Shown: in pieces, positions 6,327-14,217 of the stretch
Layout of the letters: each line of letters starts with the position of its first letter
Numbering within the stretch: position 1 is the first letter of the stretch
Virus record (IMG/VR): IMGVR_UViG_2657244971_000001
Reading direction: 5' to 3' (one strand)
DNA length: 17,384 bases
Source of the DNA: a virus
Taxonomy: Duplodnaviria; Heunggongvirae; Uroviricota; Caudoviricetes
Notes under the pieces: model-generated
What the model saw: the letters and a program-made list of their open reading frames with translations, nothing else
The model's database searches: none
Told to the model about the DNA's origin: nothing
Made by a program: the position numbers and the translations under genes

Positions 6327-8300
6327 ATGGAACCGATGATAACTTTCATGGAATGTCTCGGTATATATATGAAAATTAGACCACAGCAGCACCTAATTAA
6401 CATCCTGACTTCAACCAAACAACATCATCCAAATTTTACTCTTTTTCTTGGTGCAGGTGCTAGTATCTCAAGTGGTGTTGATAGTGCTGGTGGGATGATA
6501 AGGCGCTGGAGAGATGCTTACACTCTAATGTATGGAGAAGATGCTCTCAAAAAACAAGTTTGGTACGATAAAGATAATGAGTATTCAGAGCTTTTTGAAG
6601 CATTATATGATCAACCAACTCAAAGAAGAGAATTTATTGAAAGTTGTATTACCGCAGCTAAACCATCTTGGGGATACGTTTATCTCACAAATCTATTGGA
6701 TAAAGGCCATTTTAATACAATTTTTACGACTAACTTCGATGATTTAGTCAATGAAGCTTGCTTTACCTTTTCTAATAATCTGAGACCAATAGTGTGTGCC
6801 CACGATTCAAGTATCAACAGCATACGTTTAACCACAGCTCGGCCAAAAATAATAAAATTACATGGTGATTTTTTATTTGACAATATCAAGAATACTATAA
6901 GGGAGCTTGAGTCACTTGAAGATAACATGAGGGCCAAATTTAGACAGTTTGCAACTGAATTTGGCATGATCGTTATTGGGTACTCGGGACACGACCGTTC
7001 AATTATGGATACTCTCAATACGTTATTGCATTCCGGTAGTTGTTTTCCTCATGGGATTTATTGGTGTATCTGTGACTCAGACACTGAAAAACTTTCTGAG
7101 CAACTTAAAAATCTGGCCCGCTTTCCTCATTTTCATCTTATTAAAATTAATGGATTTGATGAGTTCATGGCTGAATTACATTACGCATTAGGCTGTAATT
7201 TGCAGCAAGAGGTAGTAGAGCCATACTCTGCATTATCTAATAAACTAGATAGATATTTCTCTATAGCTGAAGAAGATGACGCAGATGTCCAGCATGAGAT
7301 TATTAAAAGAGATATGAATAATCTTGCTGATCATGTCAGGAGAGTGAATACAGTAAGCCAGTTTGTAAAAAAAATAAAAGTACTTCTTTCAGAGAAAGAC
7401 TCATCGTTAGATGATAATTCGATCACTAAATCTTTAGAAATAATGTTAAAGGAAACTAAATTTGCTGGTTCTCCTGAGGGGATTCATTTTTATAATACCC
7501 CCAATTATTTGATTGCAAACTCTGCATTTCGTGCTGGAGAGTATAATGAATGTGTAGAATATGCTACTAAACATCTGGCTAATGGGAAATCTCTCGAAAC
7601 AGAAGTATTAATACTTCGTTCCTATATTCATTTGGATAATGATTCTGAAATACAAAAGTCAATAGAAAGAATAACAAGTTATAACAAAATGAATGATGGT
7701 GAAGTTGGCAAGCTTGTAAATGGATTAGTGGACTTAATGGATGCTAAAAAATTCAAAATTGCGAATAGCCTTATGGACATACTTGAATCCCGAACAATAC
7801 CGTCTAAACATAAGCAGTTATTGCTTATAAATAGAGTTCTTTGCAACAAATTACAAAAGCAGCCGCTTTCAGCAAAACAGCAACAAGAGCTTGAGGAAGT
7901 GCTGAATGAAGTGATAGATAAAAACGAAGCTTGGCTTGCTCTGGGGGCTGCTATACTTTTAGAAAAATGGGACATTGCTGAAGAAGTGCTATCAGCATTA
8001 GATGAAACTGAGATAGTTACAATATTGACGCAATCAATGCCGATTTTTGACTTGATTTCTACAGAGTTTTATGAAAAGGTCAAGTTAGTAGCTATAGAGC
8101 GTGGTTATAACGTTTCATTCGAAGAAGAAACGGAGTTACCAGAGGTTGTTCCTGCTGAGGATGAGACTCAAAGTCTCAGTCCTGATGTGAGAGAAATACC
8201 TACAGATAAAAAGAAAGCCATAACTCACAAATCAGCAGACAATGATGAGGCATTTGATGGATTACGCACTGGCGAAGAAAGTATAAGCAAACCAGCTTAA
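6327..8300 (+). CDS. SIR2-family (SIR2_2-like, defence-associated sirtuin type) protein with an uncharacterised alpha-helical C-terminal half; candidate NAD+-hydrolysing anti-phage effector. Start ambiguous: GTG 6318 or ATG 6327/6336/6348/6369
   Basis: 660-codon open frame. Motifs seen: FLGAGAS (nt 6444-6464, Gly-rich dinucleotide-binding loop), TTNFDDLVNEA (Asn codon at 6732-6734), KLHGDF (His codon at 6861-6863), IGYSGHD. Asn/His spacing (43 residues) is comparable to the catalytic N/H pair of ThsA and DSR-type sirtuins. AT-rich codon usage by eye, unlike the flanking lambda genes. Confidence 0.8.
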   Translation: MEPMITFMECLGIYMKIRPQQHLINILTSTKQHHPNFTLFLGAGASISSGVDSAGGMIRRWRDAYTLMYGEDALKKQVWYDKDNEYSELFEALYDQPTQRREFIESCITAAKPSWGYVYLTNLLDKGHFNTIFTTNFDDLVNEACFTFSNNLRPIVCAHDSSINSIRLTTARPKIIKLHGDFLFDNIKNTIRELESLEDNMRAKFRQFATEFGMIVIGYSGHDRSIMDTLNTLLHSGSCFPHGIYWCICDSDTEKLSEQLKNLARFPHFHLIKINGFDEFMAELHYALGCNLQQEVVEPYSALSNKLDRYFSIAEEDDADVQHEIIKRDMNNLADHVRRVNTVSQFVKKIKVLLSEKDSSLDDNSITKSLEIMLKETKFAGSPEGIHFYNTPNYLIANSAFRAGEYNECVEYATKHLANGKSLETEVLILRSYIHLDNDSEIQKSIERITSYNKMNDGEVGKLVNGLVDLMDAKKFKIANSLMDILESRTIPSKHKQLLLINRVLCNKLQKQPLSAKQQQELEEVLNEVIDKNEAWLALGAAILLEKWDIAEEVLSALDETEIVTILTQSMPIFDLISTEFYEKVKLVAIERGYNVSFEEETELPEVVPAEDETQSLSPDVREIPTDKKKAITHKSADNDEAFDGLRTGEESISKPA

Positions 8301-8336
8301 TAATTGAACAGTGATTAACTGAGAGTGAAGGGGCTT

Positions 8337-8420
8337 ATGAAGCAGAAAAATATCAACAACCAAAGCAGAATTTCTGAAGAAAGTAAGAAAAAAATCAAGG
8401 AAATGCTTAAAAAACAATAA
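8337..8420 (+). CDS. Lysine-rich 27-codon micro-ORF (MKQKNINNQSRISEESKKKIKEMLKKQ) immediately downstream of the SIR2-family gene; speculative
   Basis: ATG at 8337 preceded by GAAGGGG Shine-Dalgarno-like sequence about 5 nt upstream; ends 3 nt before the terminator hairpin; too short for the ORF track. Confidence 0.3.
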   Translation: MKQKNINNQSRISEESKKKIKEMLKKQ

Positions 8421-8423
8421 ATT

Positions 8424-8447
8424 AAAAGACCCCGCAAGGGGTCTTTT
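8424..8447. terminator. Strong rho-independent terminator (AAAAGACCCC-GCAA-GGGGTCTTTT), potentially bidirectional
   Basis: Perfect 10-bp stem with 4-nt loop, flanked by an A-run on one side and a T-run on the other. Confidence 0.75.
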
Positions 8448-9031
8448 AATAACTATTGGCCAGTTTTTAATGAAATCATGCTTAATACAATGTGATTTTT
8501 TTCACTTGTCGTAGTGCCGATCTGATTGCCATCGTCACAGGTACTCAGTAGCGAAAAAATACGTCTACTGGGTACCAATTATCCTCAATGAGAAGTGCAG
8601 CGCGCTCCAATAAAAAGGTGATTCACCGACAGCGAACTTTGTACACTCGCTTGGTTATGGCGAGCAGGTGATGCTAACCGCCTGCCAGAATGTCACTCCA
8701 CTTCCTCAAGTATCTGAGCGACGTGAAGCCGGTGGCTTGACTTACATCGAGCAAAAATATTTCCTGGCTCACAATAGGGTGCGAGCAATCGATTCAGAAC
8801 GGTATTAGAGCTGCTAATGATCCTTCATATTGCGCCTAAATCCACAAAATTGATTTTCAATAATCAACCCGCCATAATCATCTCATCGGAGCCTGAACAA
8901 CTCCGGTGACTTCTGCGCTAAACGGGGACGTTTATGCGCACACACAATCCAAACTCACTTCTCCCGTCACAGATGCAGAAATGCACCTGCAATTCTTTGC
9001 ATCTAACGTTTGACCTCTGCGGAGGTGAAGC

Positions 9032-9487
9032 GTGAACCTCTCACAAGACGGCATCAAATTACATCGCGGCAACTTCACCGCTATCGGCCAGCAGATCCAG
9101 CCTTATCTGGAGGAAGGCAAATGCTTTCGCATGGTGCTTAAACCGTGGCGAGAGAGACGCAGTCTTTCCCAGAATGCACTCAGCCACATGTGGTACAGCG
9201 AAATCAGTGAATACCTCATCAGCAGGGGGAAATCGTTCGCTACCGCAGCATGGGTAAAAGATGCTCTCAAACACACATACCTCGGTTATGAAACCAAGGA
9301 CCTGGTTGATGTCGTAACCGGCGAAATCACTACTATCCAGTCGTTACGCCATACCTCCGATCTTGATACCGGAGAGATGTATGTCTTCCTGTGTAAGGTT
9401 GAAGCCTGGGCGATGAATATTGGCTGTCACCTGACTATTCCGCAGAGCTGCGAGTTCCAGCTGCTCCGCGACAAGCAGGAGGCGTAA
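9032..9487 (+). CDS. ninB: NinB-family recombination protein (DLP12 YbcN-like)
   Basis: 151-aa ORF starting at GTG with GGAGGTG Shine-Dalgarno; contains an [13 protein letters not shown] segment reminiscent of the lambda NinB RSLDQNRKLW motif; first gene of a nin-type block. Confidence 0.75.
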   Translation: MNLSQDGIKLHRGNFTAIGQQIQPYLEEGKCFRMVLKPWRERRSLSQNALSHMWYSEISEYLISRGKSFATAAWVKDALKHTYLGYETKDLVDVVTGEITTIQSLRHTSDLDTGEMYVFLCKVEAWAMNIGCHLTIPQSCEFQLLRDKQEA

Positions 9488-9657
9488 TGGCTACACCGCT
9501 TATTCGTGTCATGAACGGACACATCTACAGAGTATCAAATCGTCGTAAGCGTAAGCCTGAGCTGAAGCCATCCGAAATACCAACACTGCTCGGATATACC
9601 GCTAGCCTGGTTGATAAAAAATGGTTGCGACTGGCAGCAAGGAGGAATCATGGCTGA
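9487..9657 (+). CDS. ninE: NinE-family small protein
   Basis: Manually translated 56-aa [59 protein letters not shown]; its ATG overlaps the ninB-like stop (TAATG). Confidence 0.7.
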   Translation: MATPLIRVMNGHIYRVSNRRKRKPELKPSEIPTLLGYTASLVDKKWLRLAARRNHG

Positions 9658-9940
9658 TTTGAGAAAAGCAGCGCGTGGTCGGGAATGCCAGGTAAGAATC
9701 CCTGGCGTATGTAATGGCAATTCTGAGACGTCTGTACTGGCACATATCCGGCTGGCTGGATTGTGCGGTACCGGTATCAAACCGCCAGACCTGATTGCCA
9801 CCATTGCATGTTCTGCCTGCCACGACGAAATCGACCGCCGCACACATTTTGTCGATGCTGCATATGCAAAAGAATGCGCGCTGGAAGGTATGGCGAGAAC
9901 ACAGGTTATCTGGCTGAAAGAGGGGGTTATTAAGGCGTGA
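9650..9940 (+). CDS. ybcO: YbcO-like protein (DUF1364, putative Zn-binding nuclease of lambdoid nin regions)
   Basis: 96 codons from ATG 9650 (GGAGG 5 nt upstream); cysteine-rich ([12 protein letters not shown]...CSACHDEID); the ORF track extends upstream from a TTG. Confidence 0.75.
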   Translation: MADLRKAARGRECQVRIPGVCNGNSETSVLAHIRLAGLCGTGIKPPDLIATIACSACHDEIDRRTHFVDAAYAKECALEGMARTQVIWLKEGVIKA

Positions 9941-10299
9941 ATACCTACAGCATCACATTACCCTGGCCTCCGAGCAATAATCGCTATTACCGCCATAATC
10001 GCGGACGCACGCACATCAGCGCAGAGGGGCAGGCATACCGCGATAACGTCGCCCGAATCATTAAAAACGCAATGCTAGATATCGGCCTGGCTATGCCTGT
10101 GAAAATCCGCATTGAGTGCCACATGCCGGATCGCCGTCGCCGTGACCTGGATAATCTGCAAAAAGCCGCTTTTGACGCACTCACTAAAGCAGGTTTCTGG
10201 CTGGATGATGCTCAGGTCGTTGATTACCGCGTTGTGAAGATGCCTGTTACCAAAGGTGGGAGGCTGGAACTGACCATCACCGAAATGGGGAATGAATGA
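9937..10299 (+). CDS. rusA: RusA Holliday-junction resolvase
   Basis: 120-aa [41 protein letters not shown]... matching DLP12 RusA as recalled; start overlaps the ybcO stop. Confidence 0.9.
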   Translation: MNTYSITLPWPPSNNRYYRHNRGRTHISAEGQAYRDNVARIIKNAMLDIGLAMPVKIRIECHMPDRRRRDLDNLQKAAFDALTKAGFWLDDAQVVDYRVVKMPVTKGGRLELTITEMGNE

Positions 10300-10436
10300 T
10301 GTTTGAGTTTAATATGGCAGAACTTCTTCGCCACCGCTGGGGGCGTCTGCGCTTATATCGTTTCCCCGGTTCTGTTTTGACCGATTACCGAATACTGAAG
10401 AATTACGCCAAAACACTGACAGGAGCAGGAGTATGA
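10296..10436 (+). CDS. ylcG: YlcG-like small protein (46 aa)
   Basis: Manually translated [46 protein letters not shown]; start overlaps the rusA stop (ATGA). Confidence 0.55.
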   Translation: MMFEFNMAELLRHRWGRLRLYRFPGSVLTDYRILKNYAKTLTGAGV

Positions 10437-10521
10437 AGTCAGAGATAACAATCAACTAATACTGTTTTGTTGATTTTTGCTTGTAATTGGCGTTCTGGTC
10501 TGAGTTTTGTGGAGTAAGTTG

Positions 10522-10899
10522 ATGCGTGATATTCAGATGGTTCTTGAGCGTTGGGGAGCGTGGGCGGCTAATAATCATGAAGATGTGACCTGGTCGTCCA
10601 TTGCCGCCGGTTTTAAGGGATTAATTCCTTCAAAAGTAAAATCTCGCCCACAATGTTGTGACGATGACGCGATGATCATTTGCGGGTGCATGGCCCGTCT
10701 GAAAAAGAACAACAGCGATTTGCATGATTTATTGGTGGACTATTATGTCGGCGGCATGACTTTTATGGCGCTTGCACGTAAGCATGGGCGATCTGATTGT
10801 TGGGTTGGCAGGATGCTTCAGAAAGCTGAGGGCGTAGTGGAGGGTATGCTGATGGTGTTGGATCTCCGATTGGAGATGGATGCTGATTGTTCGAAATAA
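10522..10899 (+). CDS. quuD: Late-gene antiterminator Q (phage 82 / DLP12 QuuD type)
   Basis: ATG at 10522 with GGAG 7 nt upstream; protein [33 protein letters not shown]...[16 protein letters not shown] matches the QuuD type as recalled; followed by a promoter-like element and terminator. Confidence 0.85.
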   Translation: MRDIQMVLERWGAWAANNHEDVTWSSIAAGFKGLIPSKVKSRPQCCDDDAMIICGCMARLKKNNSDLHDLLVDYYVGGMTFMALARKHGRSDCWVGRMLQKAEGVVEGMLMVLDLRLEMDADCSK

Positions 10900-10911
10900 T
10901 TAAAGGAAAAG

Positions 10912-10940
10912 TTGCTGTCTGATTGTCATTAGTCTAACAT
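10912..10940 (+). promoter_or_regulatory. Candidate late promoter pR' (-35 TTGCTG, 17-bp spacer, -10 TAACAT) downstream of Q
   Basis: Hexamers read directly from the sequence; the position immediately after Q and before a terminator mirrors the lambdoid pR'-qut-tR' arrangement. Not verifiable without experiment. Confidence 0.35.
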
Positions 10941-11000
10941 TTTAAATGTTGGAATCGCAACGTAGTTATTATCATATAACAGCTTGTTTCCTGATTTAGC

Positions 11001-11027
11001 CAGCCTCCCCAAAGGCTGGTTTTTTTC
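11001..11027 (+). terminator. Rho-independent terminator (CCAGCC-TCCCCAAA-GGCTGG followed by T7), likely tR'-type terminator of the short late leader RNA
   Basis: 6-bp GC-rich stem followed by TTTTTTT on the plus strand. Confidence 0.6.
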
Positions 11028-11054
11028 TAATAAGTATTATTTCGGGTAGGGATT

Positions 11055-11579
11055 TTATTGTTTAACCCATAATAATTCATTGACATTGAATCCCAACTTT
11101 TGAGCGGTTCGCACATAGTCTGCTTTTACTTTATCTGGAATAGTTGGGGTCCTTGCCAGAATCCATAGGTATTCTCTGTTCGGACCACTGACAAGAGCAT
11201 ACTTATACTCATCATCCAGTTTGATTACATTATAGCCACCATAGAAGGGGCCAAAAAACGAAACCTTCAATGCTGCAGTTTTAGTATCTCCAGTAAAGTA
11301 TGCTTTACCTTCGCTCTCGCTCCATTTATTTTTCGTTGGATCGTATCCACGGTTAAGTACACGAATCCCTCCGTCGTTCCGTTTTCCATAAGTAGCGCTG
11401 ACCTGTTCCAGACCACGTTCGAACCGGTTCTCGAGGCGAGCTATTTCATACCATTTTCCGAGGTAGCGGTTGGCGTCAAAATTTGTAATCGGCTGCACAC
11501 CTTTAGGTGGTGTCGGGGCCTTACATGCTATAAGAGTGAAAGAGAGTGCAATGCCAGTCAACACAGGCCATAACTTCAT
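11055..11579 (-). CDS. Blc-like bacterial lipocalin, outer-membrane lipoprotein (moron cargo)
   Basis: 174-aa ORF with lipoprotein signal and lipobox (..FTLIAC); strong similarity to E. coli Blc as recalled (NFDANRYLGKWYEIARLENRFERGLE...KVSFFGPFYGGYNVI...YLWILARTP); AGGA Shine-Dalgarno about 8 nt upstream. Confidence 0.85.
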   Translation of the reverse strand: MKLWPVLTGIALSFTLIACKAPTPPKGVQPITNFDANRYLGKWYEIARLENRFERGLEQVSATYGKRNDGGIRVLNRGYDPTKNKWSESEGKAYFTGDTKTAALKVSFFGPFYGGYNVIKLDDEYKYALVSGPNREYLWILARTPTIPDKVKADYVRTAQKLGFNVNELLWVKQ

Positions 11580-11611
11580 AATAAATCCTGTACTTTTGAT
11601 AGTTGAGAGTA

Positions 11612-11661
11612 AGTATGAAAGATAGATGATTACGACCGATCACTTAAAGAACTTTCATACT
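11612..11661. repeat. Perfect 10-bp inverted repeat AGTATGAAAG ... CTTTCATACT separated by 30 nt, in the divergent intergenic region between the lipocalin gene and the DUF523/DUF1722 gene
   Basis: Arms at 11612-11621 and 11652-11661 are exact reverse complements. Confidence 0.6.
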
Positions 11662-11771
11662 ATATTAGGAATAGTCCATAACAGAAAAATTGTCAGTGAT
11701 GACGCCAGAAAGGCAATTTATTCCGTGCACTACACAGTTTATGTGTTAATGAATTAGTCAAGGGGGAGAAT

Positions 11772-12731
11772 ATGATAAAAAAACCTGTGATTGGAATCAG
11801 CGGTTGTTTGGCCGGTTCTGCTGTTCGTTTTGATGGTGGTCACAAAAGAGCTGACTTTTTAATGGACAAATTAGTGGAATGGGTAACATTCAGACCAGTA
11901 TGTCCGGAAATGGCTATAGGGCTGCCAGTTCCGCGTCCTGCTCTACGTCTTGTGCGCTCGACGCAAGGAAATATACGGATGTGTTTCAGCCACGACCAGA
12001 ATGAGGATGTGACAGAGAGAATGACAGAGTTTAGTCGTTCTTATATGGACAAATTAAAGGATGTATCGGGGTTTGTGGTTTGTGCTAAATCTCCCAGCTG
12101 TGGCATGGAGCGCGTGCGTGTCTATGATGAAAATGGTAATCGAGGTCGTAAAGATGGAGTGGGACTATTTACGAGCACTTTGATGGAAAAGTTTTCCTGG
12201 CTACCGGTTGAAGAGGATGGGCGATTACATGATCCAGTGCTTCGTGAGAATTTTGTTGAAAGAGTTTTTGCTTTGCATGAGCTCAATCACCTTTACAAGG
12301 AGAAATTATCAAGAAGAGAGTTATTAGCTTTTCATAGTCGTTATAAGCTTCAGTTGTTGGCGCATAGTCAGGCAGGCTATAAAGATATGGGACCATTTGT
12401 GGCTGCAATACACGAGTGGGCGGACCTTGAATCATACTTTGAGGTGTATCGTGATAAGCTGATGGCGATTCTCAGAAAACCTGCATCACGTAAAAATCAC
12501 ACGAATGTGCTGATGCATATACAGGGGTATTTTAGTAACTACTTAAGTACACGCCAGCGTAAAGAGTTGAGCGAGGTTATACTTAACTATCGTTCTGGCA
12601 CATTACCTCTTCTTGCGCCGTTGACTCTGCTGAAGCATTATCTGGGTGAGTATCCTAATGATTACTTGCTTACACAGAATTACTTCGATCCCTATCCGGA
12701 CGAACTGGCTCTAAGACTGATGGTAAATTAA
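11772..12731 (+). CDS. DUF523 (TudS-like 4Fe-4S thiouracil-desulfidase fold) / DUF1722 (YbgA-like) fusion protein
   Basis: 319-aa ORF with AGGGGGAG Shine-Dalgarno; N-terminus GISGCLAG..C..C-type cysteines typical of the DUF523 family, C-terminal half resembling YbgA-type DUF1722. Confidence 0.75.
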   Translation: MIKKPVIGISGCLAGSAVRFDGGHKRADFLMDKLVEWVTFRPVCPEMAIGLPVPRPALRLVRSTQGNIRMCFSHDQNEDVTERMTEFSRSYMDKLKDVSGFVVCAKSPSCGMERVRVYDENGNRGRKDGVGLFTSTLMEKFSWLPVEEDGRLHDPVLRENFVERVFALHELNHLYKEKLSRRELLAFHSRYKLQLLAHSQAGYKDMGPFVAAIHEWADLESYFEVYRDKLMAILRKPASRKNHTNVLMHIQGYFSNYLSTRQRKELSEVILNYRSGTLPLLAPLTLLKHYLGEYPNDYLLTQNYFDPYPDELALRLMVN

Positions 12732-13082
12732 TTGTATGCGATATCATCCAAAAGGATGAGTTCCTGCATGCAGGATATTTACAATCGTAAAAACTACACT
12801 ATGATACCCAGAGTGTCAGTTTGTATAAAAACTCTGTTTACGCTGAAGAAACAATTGAGATGCAACTTAAAGTTGGTAAACATGCCAGTCAAAATATATA
12901 ATATTATGATTCCACGCAGCTATATATAATATAACGGATTGGTTTAATAATTTGTCTTTGTGAGTTAAATACATAATTTTATACTTGTGATGCAATGAAA
13001 TTTTCCTTATTGTTGAACTGGCGAATATTGATTTTCCACCTATACTTACCTGGTGTAACCCCAATGATATCAGGTGGATAAT

Positions 13083-13814
13083 ATGCCATACATATGTTCT
13101 ATCATTTTGGTGTTGAACTCGTTTGATGTCCGAATTGGTAAAGAAGATATTTTGTTTAAAAAAGGAAGTGCTGTTCTCATTGATTACAATTTAAAAGATT
13201 TTTTTTCATCAAATATAGATCATGTAATGATCGTAGATGTTGAAGAGAAAACAGTTAATGATTTCTTTAAAAGCAACACACTCTCACCTTTTTCTGTAAG
13301 AAGGTTTTATCCGGCATACTTGATGGTGGAATGTGAAGATTTTTCATTGTTAAAGAACTTGATTGCATGCTTGAATTGTGATGGCAGAACTGTGGATTTT
13401 GTTAGAAATCAAATATCACTTGCATGTCTTGCTATCTTATCTTCAGAGAAAATAGTGCAAAGTTTTTTATTTGGATGTCTTAATAGTTTAGGAAGTAAAG
13501 TTAAGGCTATTATTCACACGGATATATCTGCGGCATGGAGACTTTGTGATATATCTTCAAGACTGTATCTGAGTGAAAGTCTGTTAAAAAGAAAATTAAA
13601 GCACGAAGGCTTATCATTTAGTAAGTTAATTCTTGAAGAGCGAATGGTGATGGCGGAAAGGTTATTAAGCTACAATTTATATTCTGTTGGAAAAGTTGCT
13701 GAGATATGCGGTTATGAAAACACGTCATATTTTGTAAGTGTTTTCAGAAGGTATTTTTGTGTTCCTCCCCATCAATATTCATCAAGATTTTTTTTAGAAA
13801 AAGACATGATGTAA
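13083..13814 (+). CDS. AraC/XylS-family transcriptional regulator (AppY/GadX/Rns-like small activator) in a strongly AT-rich islet
   Basis: C-terminal double helix-turn-helix signature (..LYLSESLLKRKLKHEGLSFSKLILEERMVMAERLL...VGKVAEICGYENTSYFVSVFRRYF); ATG 13083 preceded by AGGTGG; the ORF track starts at an upstream GTG (13074). Confidence 0.8.
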   Translation: MPYICSIILVLNSFDVRIGKEDILFKKGSAVLIDYNLKDFFSSNIDHVMIVDVEEKTVNDFFKSNTLSPFSVRRFYPAYLMVECEDFSLLKNLIACLNCDGRTVDFVRNQISLACLAILSSEKIVQSFLFGCLNSLGSKVKAIIHTDISAAWRLCDISSRLYLSESLLKRKLKHEGLSFSKLILEERMVMAERLLSYNLYSVGKVAEICGYENTSYFVSVFRRYFCVPPHQYSSRFFLEKDMM

Positions 13815-14001
13815 CGTGATGCGTTTTAATGATTTTGTAATTTTCGTATTTGATAATTGTATGATGCTTTCAGCTACGCCAGAATAATCGCGGCGTTTTT
13901 CTTTTTGAATAGATGTTCAAGCCTTACGCTAATGTAACTTCTATACCTTTCCTCTTCGTTCCGAACCGTGTACACCATCCGTTATTTGCGGAGGTGAGGC
14001 T

Positions 14002-14217
14002 ATGAAATCCATGGATAAGTTAACAACGGGCATTGCCTACGGCACCTCCGCAGGCAGTGCTGGCTACTGGTTTTTACAGCTGCTCGATAAAGTCACGCCC
14101 TCACAGTGGGCAGCAATAGGTGTGCTGGGTAGCTTGGTATTTGGCCTGCTGACGTACCTGACAAACCTTTATTTCAAGATTAAAGAAGATAAGCGCAAGG
14201 CTGCGAGAGGTGAATAA
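14002..14217 (+). CDS. essD: Class II holin / pinholin (phage 21 S21 / DLP12 EssD type) with dual-start motif MKSM
   Basis: 71-aa [63 protein letters not shown]... matching S21/EssD as recalled; two predicted TM helices. Confidence 0.9.
   Translation: MKSMDKLTTGIAYGTSAGSAGYWFLQLLDKVTPSQWAAIGVLGSLVFGLLTYLTNLYFKIKEDKRKAARGE

Noticed and set aside
6532-7975. Four ORFs of 71-112 aa on both strands inside the SIR2-family gene
   Set aside because: Contained within a 660-codon ORF with clear domain motifs; AT-rich low-complexity translations.
9059-10184. Minus-strand ORFs of 71, 102, 81 and 65 aa in the nin region
   Set aside because: Antisense to ninB-like, ybcO and rusA, which have coupled starts and stops and recognisable families.
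12732-13064. Two 65-aa ORFs in the AT-rich spacer before the AraC gene
   Set aside because: The first starts at a TTG immediately after the upstream stop with no ribosome-binding site; the second is antisense; both are Ile/Lys/Tyr-rich as expected from random AT-rich DNA. Retained only as part of the AT-rich islet observation.
13900-13990. Possible tRNA gene upstream of the holin (Stx-phage-like arrangement), suggested by a TTCCGAACC motif
   Set aside because: The motif does not match the T-loop consensus (GGTTCGAATCC-like) and no acceptor-stem or anticodon-arm pairing could be built around it.
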